64,000 nucleotides of DNA from an uncultured bacterium (GCA_963749495.1 CAVVMW010000022.1:416001-480000); one strand, 5' to 3'. Shown: positions 30,230-41,132, counted from the first letter of the stretch. Numbers and translations are program-made. The notes: generated by a model not told the origin, from the sequence alone.

Positions 30230-31936
30230 TTATGTTGGAACTTCTTCCGAACTTCTCGGTCGTCGGGAGAGAAATCGTCTGCAGCCGTAAATGACTAGAG
30301 GGAGCGCGATAACTGCAGCCAGGCAGAGGCGGACTTTGAGTGTGCCGCGGAAGGAGGCTCGAGTGGCGCGGCGCTGCATGTCCAGGTGAAAGCTGCGCGC
30401 TTCCTGCTCTGACGCCCATCGGTTCGACGCCATGTACCCGGCCGCCCTGGCAACGTCAGGGACACTGACAAACGTGATGCCGGGGAACCGCGGCTGGAAG
30501 CTGAAGTCGGCCGTTCGCTCAAGCGCGTCCGTGCGCGTCAATCGGACGCGCACCTCCGAAACCAGGTACAAGTCGCTGTTTGATTTAGCGTCGGTTTTCA
30601 TCCTGAATTGTCTGAGGATCGAAGCACTCGGGACTCTCAGCCCGGCTATGTTGGTGAAGGCCTCGACCTTGTATTGGGCGGTAGTGAAACCAGCCTCATA
30701 GGGCTGGTCCAATCTTACGGGTGGCCCTTTGCGCATCAGCCTGGTGCCGTCGTTGAAATACGCGACCTCGGCGGGAAATTGCGGCCTGGATTCTGTCAAA
30801 ACCCATGACGCGGGAACAGTCAAGTGTCCCGCGCTGGGCCCGAACATGGCGCCGGAAACCGAGTCCTGACACATTGGTGGCTCCACCAAGTTATTCGTCC
30901 TGGACGCAAAATATGATCCAGAGGCGTACGTCAACCAAATGGCACAGGCATCCTTGACGAGGAAGCTGCTGCAGACATGACCTTTATACTGAATCCCGGT
31001 GGCAACGTTGCCGGCTACCGGGTATCCGCGCTTGCGTTGCTCTTCGACAGCGCGCTTCATGCTGCCAATGAAATAGACGTTTGTGCCGTCGCAGGCGAGT
31101 TCCTTATAGTCGAAGGTGTTTGGCCCCTCATCGTGGACGTAATGAATCAACCAACCGTCATTGTCTAATGTAACCGTAAAGGAAACCTGGGGCAGGGTCT
31201 TTATTTCCGCACCGAAGTAAAGTGTCGCCTCCGCAAAGCCCTCGAAACGAAGCATCTCTGACGCAGCATACAAACGCGGTGCCAAAAGGATGCCCAGCAC
31301 GACCACAACACGACGGATCCAGGATCTGGAGCCATTGTGTCGCCCGCCCGAGCATGCCCATCGGTCCGTCGCCAGACAGTGACCAAGGGCCGTGAGGCTT
31401 CCGATGAAAAGGTAGGCGAGCACGCCTTTCATTACATTGTCCGCGAGCCTAGGGGAGACGTGGAGCAGATCCGTCAGGCTGCCTAGACAGCGGCACGGTT
31501 GATGCCAACCCAGCCACCATAGGCCAACGCGATAAGCGGCAAACCCAGCCGACAACCACGCAACCAAGCCCAGCTTCGGACGCGGGTTGTGACCGACGAG
31601 GCAAACATACGCAACAAGCAGTTCGGTGGTGCCCACGAGGAGCATGAGCCGGCGGAAAGACAGCCCGATTATTGGATCGAACTGCGCGAGGGCGTTGGAT
31701 CCGCCGAGGGTGCTCAACAGCTTGGCCCCACCGGTGACGATCAAGACCGCGCCGGCGGAGTAGGTAAAGAGCCTTGTCAAAGCCGCAGCATCGGGACGGC
31801 TTGCCGCACCGCAGTTGCAGGCGTCGGCGTCAGACTGGACTGGAGCCCGCAGGATTGGGGGGCCGGGCTCCCGGTCCGCTGTGCGTTGGCCCGCAGCCGT
31901 CCGTCTGCCGTTGATTGGTTCTGGGGGAGGTGGCAT
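30230..31936 (-). CDS. MauE/DoxX membrane domain fused to a large extracytoplasmic domain
   Basis: LIVTGGAKL..DPIIG..ELLVA..PCRCLG, then a second signal/TM segment, a soluble domain and a C-terminal TM. Confidence 0.7.
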   Translation of the reverse strand: MPPPPEPINGRRTAAGQRTADREPGPPILRAPVQSDADACNCGAASRPDAAALTRLFTYSAGAVLIVTGGAKLLSTLGGSNALAQFDPIIGLSFRRLMLLVGTTELLVAYVCLVGHNPRPKLGLVAWLSAGFAAYRVGLWWLGWHQPCRCLGSLTDLLHVSPRLADNVMKGVLAYLFIGSLTALGHCLATDRWACSGGRHNGSRSWIRRVVVVLGILLAPRLYAASEMLRFEGFAEATLYFGAEIKTLPQVSFTVTLDNDGWLIHYVHDEGPNTFDYKELACDGTNVYFIGSMKRAVEEQRKRGYPVAGNVATGIQYKGHVCSSFLVKDACAIWLTYASGSYFASRTNNLVEPPMCQDSVSGAMFGPSAGHLTVPASWVLTESRPQFPAEVAYFNDGTRLMRKGPPVRLDQPYEAGFTTAQYKVEAFTNIAGLRVPSASILRQFRMKTDAKSNSDLYLVSEVRVRLTRTDALERTADFSFQPRFPGITFVSVPDVARAAGYMASNRWASEQEARSFHLDMQRRATRASFRGTLKVRLCLAAVIALPLVIYGCRRFLSRRPRSSEEVPT

Positions 31937-32223
31937 GAAGAGACGGTCTCTATCTACGAGGAGAACTGGCCGACCCTGTTCCTGGATCCTTGCGAAAAGC
32001 CTCTAAGATCGATCACTCCATTGGCAGGTTTCTCAAACAGGCATGCCGTGTCAGCGGTTTGCGACCCCGCCAACCGAGGACCAACCTTTCTGAGCATTGC
32101 GCACAACATATTCCAAAAAAGTTCGGCCGCGAATACACAGGACACCAGCAGTCGCACGCTAACAGAAACGAGGGCGCACGGCAACTACACGTTCGTGCAG
32201 GTCAGGTTGCAGACGGCGGAACC

Positions 32224-33126
32224 TTACGGGCCGGGCAGGAGGCGCCTCTGCGCGGCGACAAGGGCGGCGCGGCAGTGGACCCCGGCGCGGTCAAACATCA
32301 CTCTGAGATGATGAGCTACCGTTTCCTCGCTGATCCCCAGTTTGTCGGCTATCTCCTTATCTGCGAGGCCTTTAGCGACCAGGCTGTGGATCTGCGCCTG
32401 GCGATGAGTCAGTGCGGTTGAGGCTCCCTCATCTGACACGCAGGCCGCACGGACCATTCGCCCTGCCCTCAGGATAGGTGCGGACCCTCTACCGGCTGGC
32501 ACCTTCTCCGCGTTGCTTCTTGGGTAAGAGAGCGACATTGGACGCTGGTCTGGGGTAATGGGGCGACAATCGGGGCGCGGCCCCGCCGATCCGAAACCTG
32601 TCAGGGCACCGCCAGCCAAACTGACTTCCAGTTCCGCGAGGTTCTCCAAACACCACTTATACACCACCAAGCTGGAGGAAGCCTCGGGATCAGGCGTCAA
32701 TCCATGGCCCGCCGGACCATTCAAAAAAGTGGCGGGCGGGCCTTGGAAATAGCGGTGGAATTCGCGGTAGAAATGGCTGCGGTCGTAATACCGAAGATCT
32801 CGGATCACTGACTCGATCTTCGATCCGCTGGACAATCGGAGGAGAGCCCGCCACAGCCGCAAGTCGCCAAGCCACCGACGCGGAGAACACGACAGCCGTG
32901 CGTGGAAGAACCTCTCCAGGGTCCGCAGGGAGACCCCGATCAGGGCCGCTAGCTTTGCAGGATCGTATTTGGCCTGGTCGGCTTTCTGTGCCCAGTCCTT
33001 GAGGGTCACAATCTGGCTCCGTCGCATCACTGCGCAGAATATCGAGAATGCCATCTCGCGCAAGCGATTTCTTGCCCCTCTCTCAACGCCCCGATCCTTC
33101 CGGAAGGATTCGGCTACCAATGGCAT
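32224..33126 (-). CDS. Transcriptional regulator with AraC HTH and C-terminal LuxR HTH
   Basis: LAALIGVSLRTLERFF, YYDRSHFYREFHRYFQGPP; LTHRQAQI..GLADKEIADKLGISEETV. Confidence 0.8.
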   Translation of the reverse strand: MPLVAESFRKDRGVERGARNRLREMAFSIFCAVMRRSQIVTLKDWAQKADQAKYDPAKLAALIGVSLRTLERFFHARLSCSPRRWLGDLRLWRALLRLSSGSKIESVIRDLRYYDRSHFYREFHRYFQGPPATFLNGPAGHGLTPDPEASSSLVVYKWCLENLAELEVSLAGGALTGFGSAGPRPDCRPITPDQRPMSLSYPRSNAEKVPAGRGSAPILRAGRMVRAACVSDEGASTALTHRQAQIHSLVAKGLADKEIADKLGISEETVAHHLRVMFDRAGVHCRAALVAAQRRLLPGP

Positions 33127-33269
33127 CCTCGATGCTCGCTAAGAAACGCCCGAGTCGGACACCGAAGACGCACGTTGGAGCATGCCGAGTCGGTGTTATG
33201 AGAGGAAAGTTGATTGACAGACGGCAGAGATCACCCCGCCATCGCCTTGCTTGGGCATATCGTCATCAT

Positions 33270-33490
33270 TGTTCCAGCCTGAAGGAGTTCGGGCAATGGG
33301 GCGGTCCTCCGTGAATCGAGCAATATAGGCGATGGAATTGAGCAGCAGCGCCTGCCCCGTCTCGTTCATCTCGGCGGGTGCGAGGTCGAAAGCAAAGGGC
33401 AGCAAATGGCCTTGGCGCCACAAGGCCCTTCCATGCAGGTCCTTTTCGTTGAGACCGCCGCAGATGATCTCGATTTCGGGCGAATCAATC
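33270..33490 (-). pseudogene. Gene fragment of unknown function
   Basis: PEIEIICGG...LWRQGHLLPFAFD...LLLNSIAYIARF, protein-like with no clear start. Confidence 0.4.
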
Positions 33491-33988
33491 AGGCGAGAGG
33501 TCGGTCCGGGTCCTGGTAGATTGGACGATGAAAATGTTGCCAATTGGCAACATTCCGTAAATCGTTGACGCAGAGAGGTTTAGATCTGCATTTGCCTCGG
33601 ATCGCTCCGAAGATGCACCTGCCTCCGATCAAAGGACCATCGGCCTGGCTCAACCTCCCGGCCGTTTCGGAAAAGGATACCAGAGTTGAGATTGCTGAAA
33701 GATCGTGCCTTGGAGGACCGTATGTACCGTGAAGCCACCGTGTGCTCCGGCAGGGGCGTCTGAAGGGTTCGGTCCAGAATGAGACCGGGGCAGATACAGT
33801 GCTGTTGACGTGGTCGGGTTTCGTCATGAACCACTGCTAATGTGAGACGAATCAACTCCGTAAATGGTTGCCGCGGGACCTCTAGCAGGCGGCACACTTC
33901 CCACAAGTTGACCTGGGAAAGGGCTGACAGCAAGCACGTTGAAGTGCTCTGCGGGCCGATGTTGAATGCACCTTGCATAGTGCTGCCG

Positions 33989-34636
33989 ATGACCGAACAG
34001 GAACAGAATCGGCTGAGAGATTGCGAAAATATCTTGCGGCGTGGTTTGCGCGTCTTCCTTGAGGTCGGGAATGCGTTGCTGACGATTCGGGAGCAAAAAC
34101 TCTTCCGGGCTACTCATCCGACCTTTGAACGCTACTGCAAGGAGTGTTGGGGGATTTGCCGCTCATACGCCTGGAGAGTAATGGGTGCCGCCGAACGCAT
34201 CAGGTTGCTCCCAGAGAGTTGTGATCTCCCAAGGCCAGCCAATGAGTTCCAGATCCGCCCATTTCTCAAGCTCGAACTGGAGGAATTCCCGGGCTGCTGG
34301 CAAGAGGTGATCAACAGGGCGAAGGATGGGAAGGTGACTCCGGGTTTGGTGCGCCAGGTTGTAAAGGAACGCTTGCCAAGAGATAGCCAGGGAAGTGTTG
34401 GGAAAGGGCATATCAAGCCAGGCAAGTCGAAAAGCCATGCTCAGCTCGGACAGATCCTGGCCCTTCTCAACGAGGCGAAGCGCAACGTACAGACAGGAGA
34501 CACGGATCAGGTGCTTGAGGCTCTGGAGAGGATCGAGACACTGCTTTTTGGGCAAAGGGTTTCAGAGTTGGAGGTCCACAGCGAATCAACATCTTGGGCT
34601 CATTTGTCAGGACAAGCGTCAGAGTCAAATGGCTGA
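33989..34636 (+). CDS. Mobile-element-associated hypothetical protein
   Basis: FLEVGNALLTIREQKLFR..HPTFERYC..CWG..RSYA, a motif seen in phage/plasmid proteins. Confidence 0.7.
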   Translation: MTEQEQNRLRDCENILRRGLRVFLEVGNALLTIREQKLFRATHPTFERYCKECWGICRSYAWRVMGAAERIRLLPESCDLPRPANEFQIRPFLKLELEEFPGCWQEVINRAKDGKVTPGLVRQVVKERLPRDSQGSVGKGHIKPGKSKSHAQLGQILALLNEAKRNVQTGDTDQVLEALERIETLLFGQRVSELEVHSESTSWAHLSGQASESNG

Positions 34637-34670
34637 CCTTCGAGTTGCTTGCCTTCGGGTACCGCCTTGG

Positions 34671-34844
34671 TCACTCCGCATGGACTGGGCAGTTTATCTC
34701 CCTGGCACCATGAACGGCGGCCACATGCACCCTCAAAGCCCAAGGATGTTTCCAGGTGTTTTTCGGCAGGGCATCCAGTTCCCTCAACGCCTCATCCACC
34801 TCCCCCAATTTCAGCCAGAATTCCGCAGCTTTCCCGGATGGCAT
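34671..34844 (-). CDS. Short TPR-like ORF or fragment
   Basis: AAEFWLKLGEVDEALRELDALP...HPWAL (own translation, below the ORF-track cutoff). Confidence 0.4.
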   Translation of the reverse strand: MPSGKAAEFWLKLGEVDEALRELDALPKNTWKHPWALRVHVAAVHGAREINCPVHAE

Positions 34845-35295
34845 CTTCTGACGGGAGATGGGCGCCCTTCAGGTTCACGGAGTTCAAGGAGAGGTCGCTT
34901 TCCTGCTCAAACCGAGGTTCGATGCTGATTGATTCTCCCTGTTCTTTCGGTCCGCAGCGGTAATTGCACGAATAGCGCTGTGGAGCAAAAGAGCAGGCAC
35001 GGAATATGCTCTCTTTTTATGGAGTGGTGAATTCAAGGGCAACTCCTCCTGAACGAATCTGCAACAAACCTCATTTTCGCCCCCCTCCCCAACACGAGGA
35101 GAAGCAATCGCCGGCAGCTTCTACAAGAGTTCCATCTTCGCATACCGTTCGGGGTTGGGTTGGGGAACCGATGGGCTTCAATACCTTAATTCGGCTCGGC
35201 CTCAAGCTCGCGGTTGAGCCCGATTTTCGTGAAGGTCTGCCTGCTGCTCTTTACTTGCCGTAGGCAGCCGACGGTGAGCCCATCGTGAAAGTGGT

Positions 35296-36108
35296 TCACC
35301 GCCAGCGTACTTCGGCATCGAGCAACGCCTTCGCTCGCAACTCGGCCTGTCCAGTCGCCGCTCGAAACCGATCGACAACTTCACCGGTGGTCAGCTTACG
35401 TTTCTCATCACCTTTGACATCGAAAATGACTTTTCCGCTATGCAGCATCACGAGCCGGTGGCCATACAGGATCGCCAGAGACACGTTGTGCGTAACCATC
35501 AGCGTCGTCAGCGACATCTCTGACACTAGCCGGTCCGTGATTCGCATCACGGTTTCACCAGCAACGGGATCGAGAGACGCGACATGCTCGTCCAGCAGGA
35601 GAATCTTGGGCCTTGATAGGCACGCTATCGCCAATGCGAGAGCTTGGCGCTGGCCAGCCGAAAGATTTTGAACCTCCGTCCGCAATCGTTCCTCCAGCCC
35701 CAGTCCGAGAGAAGCAAGCACCTCCTTTGCTCGACAACGGCGGCTCGCATTCGCAGCCCAATGGAGCGTAGGCCGTTGCCCGTGAACAAAAGCCATTGCC
35801 ATATTTTCCTCGACGCTCATCCCGGGAGCCGTCCCGAGGGACGGGTTCTGAAACACGCGGCCAATGAACCGGGATCTTCGGTGCTCTGGCCAGTCTGTCA
35901 CGTCAGTCCCATTCAACTCAATCCGGCCGGAGTTTGGAACACAGGTTCCAGCAATGGCATTCAACAATGTAGTTTTGCCGGAGCCGTTGCTACCGATGAT
36001 GGCTACGAACTCGCTGTCGCCGACATCGAGGGAGAGCCCTGCGAGGGCACGCACTTCGTCAGCCGTGCCCTTGTTGTAGATATGCTCTATATCTGATAGT
36101 CGGATCAC
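35296..36108 (-). CDS. ABC transporter ATP-binding protein
   Basis: GSNGSGKT, VFQNP, LSAGQRQ, LLLDEH. Confidence 0.93.
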   Translation of the reverse strand: MIRLSDIEHIYNKGTADEVRALAGLSLDVGDSEFVAIIGSNGSGKTTLLNAIAGTCVPNSGRIELNGTDVTDWPEHRRSRFIGRVFQNPSLGTAPGMSVEENMAMAFVHGQRPTLHWAANASRRCRAKEVLASLGLGLEERLRTEVQNLSAGQRQALALAIACLSRPKILLLDEHVASLDPVAGETVMRITDRLVSEMSLTTLMVTHNVSLAILYGHRLVMLHSGKVIFDVKGDEKRKLTTGEVVDRFRAATGQAELRAKALLDAEVRWR

Positions 36109-37002
36109 GGGAGATTCAGCTTGAGGGCCTCTGACACTTTTCGTGCTCGGGGGTGGCGGATTGCTGGAATGGCAAGAGCCGTAACCACGATGACTCCAGT
36201 TGCCAACCTGACGTCAGTGGCCGCAAGACCAAGCCGCAGAGCAACTGCAATGACCAGTTGGTAGGCAATGGTCCCGAAGACTGCGGACAGCACCAAACGG
36301 AGCGCCGTTCGCGGCTTGAGCATGGTCTGGCCCATGACCATGGCTGCCAAACCAATAATGACAATGCCGATGCCCATGGTTGCATCAGCAAAGCCTTGCT
36401 CCTGAGCAACCATCGCTCCCGATAGCGCCACCAAGCCGTTCGCAAGGGAAACGCCCACGACTGTCAGCGCACCAGCGTTGACGCCAAGAGTTCGGACGAC
36501 CTGCTCGTTTTCCCCGCTTGCCCGGATAAACAAACCGAGTTCGGTGTGAAGAAGCCACCAAAGAAGCCAGCCAACAATCGAAAACAAGACGGCAAATGCA
36601 ACGATGACTGGGACGCCACCAGGGCCACCCATCCTCTCAAGGGGCGACAATAGCGTCTCAGAGCGAAGAAGCGACACATTTGCCCTGCCCATCACTCGGA
36701 GGTTGACCGAGTAGAGCATAAACATGACGAGGATGCCGGATAGAAGTTTGCTAATCCGAAATCTGACGTTGAGCAGTCCAGTGATAACGCCGGCCGCAAG
36801 GCCGGCAACGATGGCAAGCGCGACTGCCAGCGCGGGGCAGGCCGGCGGCCATCGTCGTTGCCGCGACAGCGCCACCCAACGCAAAACTGCCGTCAACCGT
36901 GAGATCGGGAAATCCAACAACGCGAAAGCTCACCATCACACCGAGGGTGGCGATTCCGTAAACCAACCCCTGCTCTAAGGCGACGAGTATTATGTCAATC
37001 AC
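36105..37002 (-). CDS. ABC transporter permease (Trp/Tyr-type), frameshift near 36840
   Basis: FPDLTVDGSFALGGAV, LYSVNLRVMGRAN, QEQGFAD..MGIG. Confidence 0.88.
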
Positions 37003-37013
37003 GGCGCTCCTAT

Positions 37014-38060
37014 CTAGCGGATGACCTTTTGAGCCCTCGCGATGATGGCCTCTGGGACCGTTACGCCCATCCGCTTCGCGGCCTGCAAGTTGACGATAAG
37101 ATCATAGTTCCGAGGAATTGCTGTTGGGATGTCAGCGGGTTTCTTGCCGTCTTTCAGGATCTTGACGGCAAGCGCCGCACTGAGTTTCCCAATGTCGTAG
37201 TAGTTGATGCTCAAAGTTGCTAGCGCCCCTTTTTCGACGCTTCCAGGATCGCCGGCAAGCAGCGGAAGACGTACTTCCTCGGCCACCTTGATCATCGAGT
37301 CAGAGGCGGTGATCGCGGTGTTGTCGGCCGGTATATACATTGCGTCACAGCGCCCCACTAAAGACCGCGCTGCTTGAAGCACTTCGCCCGTTGATGTCAC
37401 TGGGGCTTCCACAAGCTTCAGTGCGAGTCCCTTTGCAGCCTTGCGGACCACTTGCATGGTGGCAACGGAGTTCGCCTCGCCGGGATTGTGAACCACTCCC
37501 AACGTCTTTAGGTTGGGCACAATCTCGCGCAATAACTCCAACTGCTCCGTCACCGGCCAAACATCGCTTGTACCTGTCAAGTTGTTTCCTGACGACTTCA
37601 AAGAGTTAACCAGCCTTGCGCTTACAGGGTCGGTGATCGCACCGAAGACAATGGGAATGGTCGCGGTCGCTTTCGCTGCTGCTTGGGCTGACGGCGTCGC
37701 GATCGCGAAAATCAGCTCAAGCCTGTCTGAAACGAATTTACGCGCAATGAGGACGGTCTTCGATACATCACCGTCGGCGCTCTCGAATTCGTACACGACA
37801 TTCTTGCCTTCAACATAGCCCGCCTCTGCCATGCCGCTCTTGAACCCTTCACGCACCTGGTCAAGGATGGGATTGGGTTGGTATTGGGTGAGTCCAACTC
37901 TTGTCACAGACACCTGGGTGGAGGGTTTGCAGCCCCCTCCCATCAGGCTGAGCACCATTAATAGTGTCACGGCCCAGGCCCCGGGCCTTACCGCTATGAG
38001 TGAAAGGCGATTAGCGACCCTGTCTATCGCTTTTGAAAGAACTTGCATTGTGCTTTGCAT
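37014..38060 (-). CDS. ABC substrate-binding lipoprotein (ABC_sub_bind, aromatic amino acid type)
   Basis: Lipobox-like GGGC, IATPSAQA, IPIVFGAITDPV, NLTGTSD, PADNT. Confidence 0.9.
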   Translation of the reverse strand: MQSTMQVLSKAIDRVANRLSLIAVRPGAWAVTLLMVLSLMGGGCKPSTQVSVTRVGLTQYQPNPILDQVREGFKSGMAEAGYVEGKNVVYEFESADGDVSKTVLIARKFVSDRLELIFAIATPSAQAAAKATATIPIVFGAITDPVSARLVNSLKSSGNNLTGTSDVWPVTEQLELLREIVPNLKTLGVVHNPGEANSVATMQVVRKAAKGLALKLVEAPVTSTGEVLQAARSLVGRCDAMYIPADNTAITASDSMIKVAEEVRLPLLAGDPGSVEKGALATLSINYYDIGKLSAALAVKILKDGKKPADIPTAIPRNYDLIVNLQAAKRMGVTVPEAIIARAQKVIR

Positions 38061-39037
38061 AGCAGTCTCTGTAATTGTTGGTTCGTTAAGGATCCCTTGG
38101 TTGCCGACGCTGCGTGGCCTGCGGCTCCCGTGAATCTACCGTCGCGGAAGCGGCCACAAAAGAGGCAGCAGAAAAGCTCTTCCTTGGCGTCCGCATCACT
38201 GGCGCTGGTTATGAACTGCTGCTTGGACGTCAGGGTTGCGGCCATGAAAGCCTCCGCCTTTTGGCGTACTGCATCGAAACGTCGCTGGAATTCGCCAGTG
38301 ACCTCTTCTTTGGAAATGAGATTTCGGCTGCCGCTGAGGCCGCGACCTGAGAAGGAGCGGCAGTCTATGGGCAACCGAAACCCAATCGCCCCATCCACCA
38401 GGAGGAAGTCGTTGTCCTTCCAGTTGTCTATTGCCTGATTAGTAGGTAGAAATGCAAGATGCGCTCCGGCTGCCAAGTGCGCATTCAACGCTTTCCATGC
38501 TTTATTGAGGCGGCGTTTACGGCCCTGGTTCAGAATGAATACACGCGTGACACCGCCTAGGTTTTTGTTAACACGGTCTTTGGTACCCCTCAGGAAGTTT
38601 ACGTAGCCTCGCGCGTGTCGTCCCTCTTCTCCCCAAACCTCGAAACCAACGGTTCTCCGAAACCACTTCTTCCGCAGGTCTGAAATATCACAAGCCATAA
38701 CTCCGAGTGGTGCGCCGCCCTGAACTCCTAGGGCAATATGTTCCACCAACCGCTTCAGCAAATCCGGTCCGCCCCGGCGGCTTTGAAATTCAGGTAGCGT
38801 AAAGAACTGTGGAACATAATAATCGCGGCGTTTGTGAAATTCGGGCTTATCCATCGGATCCTCCTTTTTTCTCTGGAGGCGCCAAGCCCAAAAGGAGCCG
38901 AGTGCAATGAAACCACACGCTAGCATGTACGGCCACAGTTGCCGCAGGCTTAAGCCAAGGAGCCCAGTCCCACCAGCCAGCGCAATTGCGGGAGCAAGCA
39001 CCTCGTAAATATGTTCGGGTTTCCTGAGGAAATGCAT
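38024..39037 (-). CDS. Two-TM protein with an uncharacterised cytoplasmic domain
   Basis: Two N-terminal TMs; VTRVFIL...DFLLVDG resembles DUF6879/PLD-like folds. Confidence 0.6.
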   Translation of the reverse strand: MHFLRKPEHIYEVLAPAIALAGGTGLLGLSLRQLWPYMLACGFIALGSFWAWRLQRKKEDPMDKPEFHKRRDYYVPQFFTLPEFQSRRGGPDLLKRLVEHIALGVQGGAPLGVMACDISDLRKKWFRRTVGFEVWGEEGRHARGYVNFLRGTKDRVNKNLGGVTRVFILNQGRKRRLNKAWKALNAHLAAGAHLAFLPTNQAIDNWKDNDFLLVDGAIGFRLPIDCRSFSGRGLSGSRNLISKEEVTGEFQRRFDAVRQKAEAFMAATLTSKQQFITSASDADAKEELFCCLFCGRFRDGRFTGAAGHAASATKGSLTNQQLQRLLCKAQCKFFQKR

Positions 39038-39054
39038 GTTTCAAGGTGATGCCG

Positions 39055-40194
39055 CTAAGTGTTGTCTTCCCAGCATCCCCTGCTCTCAAGCAGTCGATCA
39101 GGGTTGTCGGGGCGGGGGTTCCTGCGAGCAGGACAGCCGTAGCATTCTCGATTCTTAAACAAATCACAGGTTGCGCAGTGTCCTTCAAGTCGGGTGAAAA
39201 TCTCGCGGACTCTACGCATTGCTGAGCCGTACCAAACTGCAGCTAGACCGTGCTTCCGGACGTCGCCTAGACGCAAGCGAGCCCCGGGGCACGGGAACGC
39301 AGCGCCGTGGATGTCAACGTAAACACCTAACTCAAGCTGCCGACAGGGAAAGCCAGCCAGATATGGTGGCTGGACTGGGTACTCGAATCCGAACTCTTGG
39401 TCCACACGATGCACTTCCTGAGCAATGGCCCTCACTGAACCGGCATCAACTTCCAATTCCAGCCTCTCCCTCGCCTTTCCCACAGGCATGCAGGGTTTGA
39501 TCTCGGGAAATATGTTGTGTTCTCGGCACCATCGAACCAAGCTCGGCAATTCCTTGAGGTTGGCCTTTGTTATCACTGAATCTACGCCCAGCCGAGTGGG
39601 CACTTCATCCGCGAAGCCGATGGCCAACAGGGTGGCGAGTGCTCGATCACGTTGGGCTGCGTATCCGTTGACGCCCGCAAGGCGATCTTGGGCGTATGGG
39701 TCAAGGCTGTTGGCTTTCACGATCACGGAACAGCCGAGATCGAACAGCCTCCTCGCAACCTCGCCTGTTACCCGCGTACCATTCGTGAACACGAGGGGGA
39801 CGAGGCCCTTCCGCGAGATGTGCGTCACCTGCTGCCAGAAGAACCTGTCGAGCAACGGCTCTCCTGCTCCGACAAGGTGAACGCTTATGCAGCCCAAGTC
39901 CGCGGCTTCATCAACGAGGTGCAGCCGCTCCAGGATCGTCAGATCGTCGGGACCCGGACGATTCCCAGCGTCCCGGTAGCAATAGACGCAGCGCAGGTCG
40001 CACAAGTCGGACGTTTCGGCGCACAGCATGAGCATTCGACCGCATTTTCTCACGCTGTCTATCTCGGCACCTGAGAACTGCCATCCACGAATCGCCGGGG
40101 GCCGGTTTGCCCCCTGAACGCAATCGGCCGCGTGGGTCCGCGCTGCCTGCGGGCGCACTTCAGTTGGCGAAGGAATCGTTGCCATTTCGTTCAT
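39055..40194 (-). CDS. Radical SAM/SPASM domain protein
   Basis: CDLRCVYC, GAGEPLL, FTNG; C-terminal C..VDIHG..FPC...CATC...CYGCPA. Confidence 0.92.
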   Translation of the reverse strand: MNEMATIPSPTEVRPQAARTHAADCVQGANRPPAIRGWQFSGAEIDSVRKCGRMLMLCAETSDLCDLRCVYCYRDAGNRPGPDDLTILERLHLVDEAADLGCISVHLVGAGEPLLDRFFWQQVTHISRKGLVPLVFTNGTRVTGEVARRLFDLGCSVIVKANSLDPYAQDRLAGVNGYAAQRDRALATLLAIGFADEVPTRLGVDSVITKANLKELPSLVRWCREHNIFPEIKPCMPVGKARERLELEVDAGSVRAIAQEVHRVDQEFGFEYPVQPPYLAGFPCRQLELGVYVDIHGAAFPCPGARLRLGDVRKHGLAAVWYGSAMRRVREIFTRLEGHCATCDLFKNRECYGCPARRNPRPDNPDRLLESRGCWEDNT

Positions 40195-40509
40195 GCCGCC
40201 TGCTACTTCTCTCTCCGTTCAGTGCGCGACGGATGCATCTGCGCCGGCGCCCCCAACGATGAGACTCTTTCGGGAGGACATTGTAAGCGCCGACCGGCCC
40301 ATTGCAACGTCAATTTGAACGGCTTCGGGGGTAGGGCAGCGTCAATTCGTGAGATTCGCGCGAAAGAAGGGAAAACGAAGGCACTGAAGTCGTGGGGGTT
40401 TTGGCGCCGTTCCTCGCCTTTGCCACGTGCGGCGACTTTCTCAGCCAGGGCGATCATCCCCGCTGGCGCGGAGCATCGAACCGGGGCAGATTGGCCTTCG
40501 GCAATCGAA

Positions 40510-41040
40510 ATGACACCAAACAAGATTCAAATCCATCGAGCGCCGGTCCTGACGCTTTGGGCATCGGTTGTGGCGGAGAGGCTGGGGTTCAATCACGACA
40601 AAGCGTTATCCCTCGGAAAGGCCGTGGCGGGATTGACGGCGCAGAGCAAGGGCCGACGTTTGGGCATCTTCAAGCCGACCCCGAAGGAACTCAAAAAGGT
40701 CCGTGAGCGTGAACGAGGTGAGGAGTTCAGGGTGGAGCTTTTGGGACGAGCTTTGCCGGCGGTGAACACGGAGGAAGGGGTGCGTGCAGTGGTCAAATCC
40801 CAGCCAATTGAACCTGAGGGAGTCGAACGATATTTGGAGAGCAAATTCGGTGACGCCCTGCCTGAAGCGCGGAAGGCCATGGTGGAGTTGGCCAGTGCTT
40901 TTCACCCGGATGAATTGGCTCAGCAGGCGTTTGGCCTCTACGAACAATTCCGGCCTCAAATTCCAGGAGGCGTCGGTGGTTGGGGTGCGAAGGGAGAGCT
41001 GGACCTTGAGGGCATAAAGAAAATGGCGGTCCAAAAATGA
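40510..41040 (+). CDS. Conserved hypothetical protein
   Basis: IHRAPVLTLWASVVAERLG...LYEQFRP...GWGAKGELDL. Confidence 0.8.
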   Translation: MTPNKIQIHRAPVLTLWASVVAERLGFNHDKALSLGKAVAGLTAQSKGRRLGIFKPTPKELKKVRERERGEEFRVELLGRALPAVNTEEGVRAVVKSQPIEPEGVERYLESKFGDALPEARKAMVELASAFHPDELAQQAFGLYEQFRPQIPGGVGGWGAKGELDLEGIKKMAVQK

Positions 41041-41132
41041 GACCGAAGAAGCGCAGCTCATTGATTATTCTGTCTCCATCATCAGCGTTTTCGATTACCT
41101 CTGCGCTGCCCTCGTCCGATATGCTGTGGCGT

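Noticed and set aside
33535..33554. Perfect palindrome ATGTTGCCAATTGGCAACAT
   Set aside because: Single copy with no assignable binding protein or boundary role.
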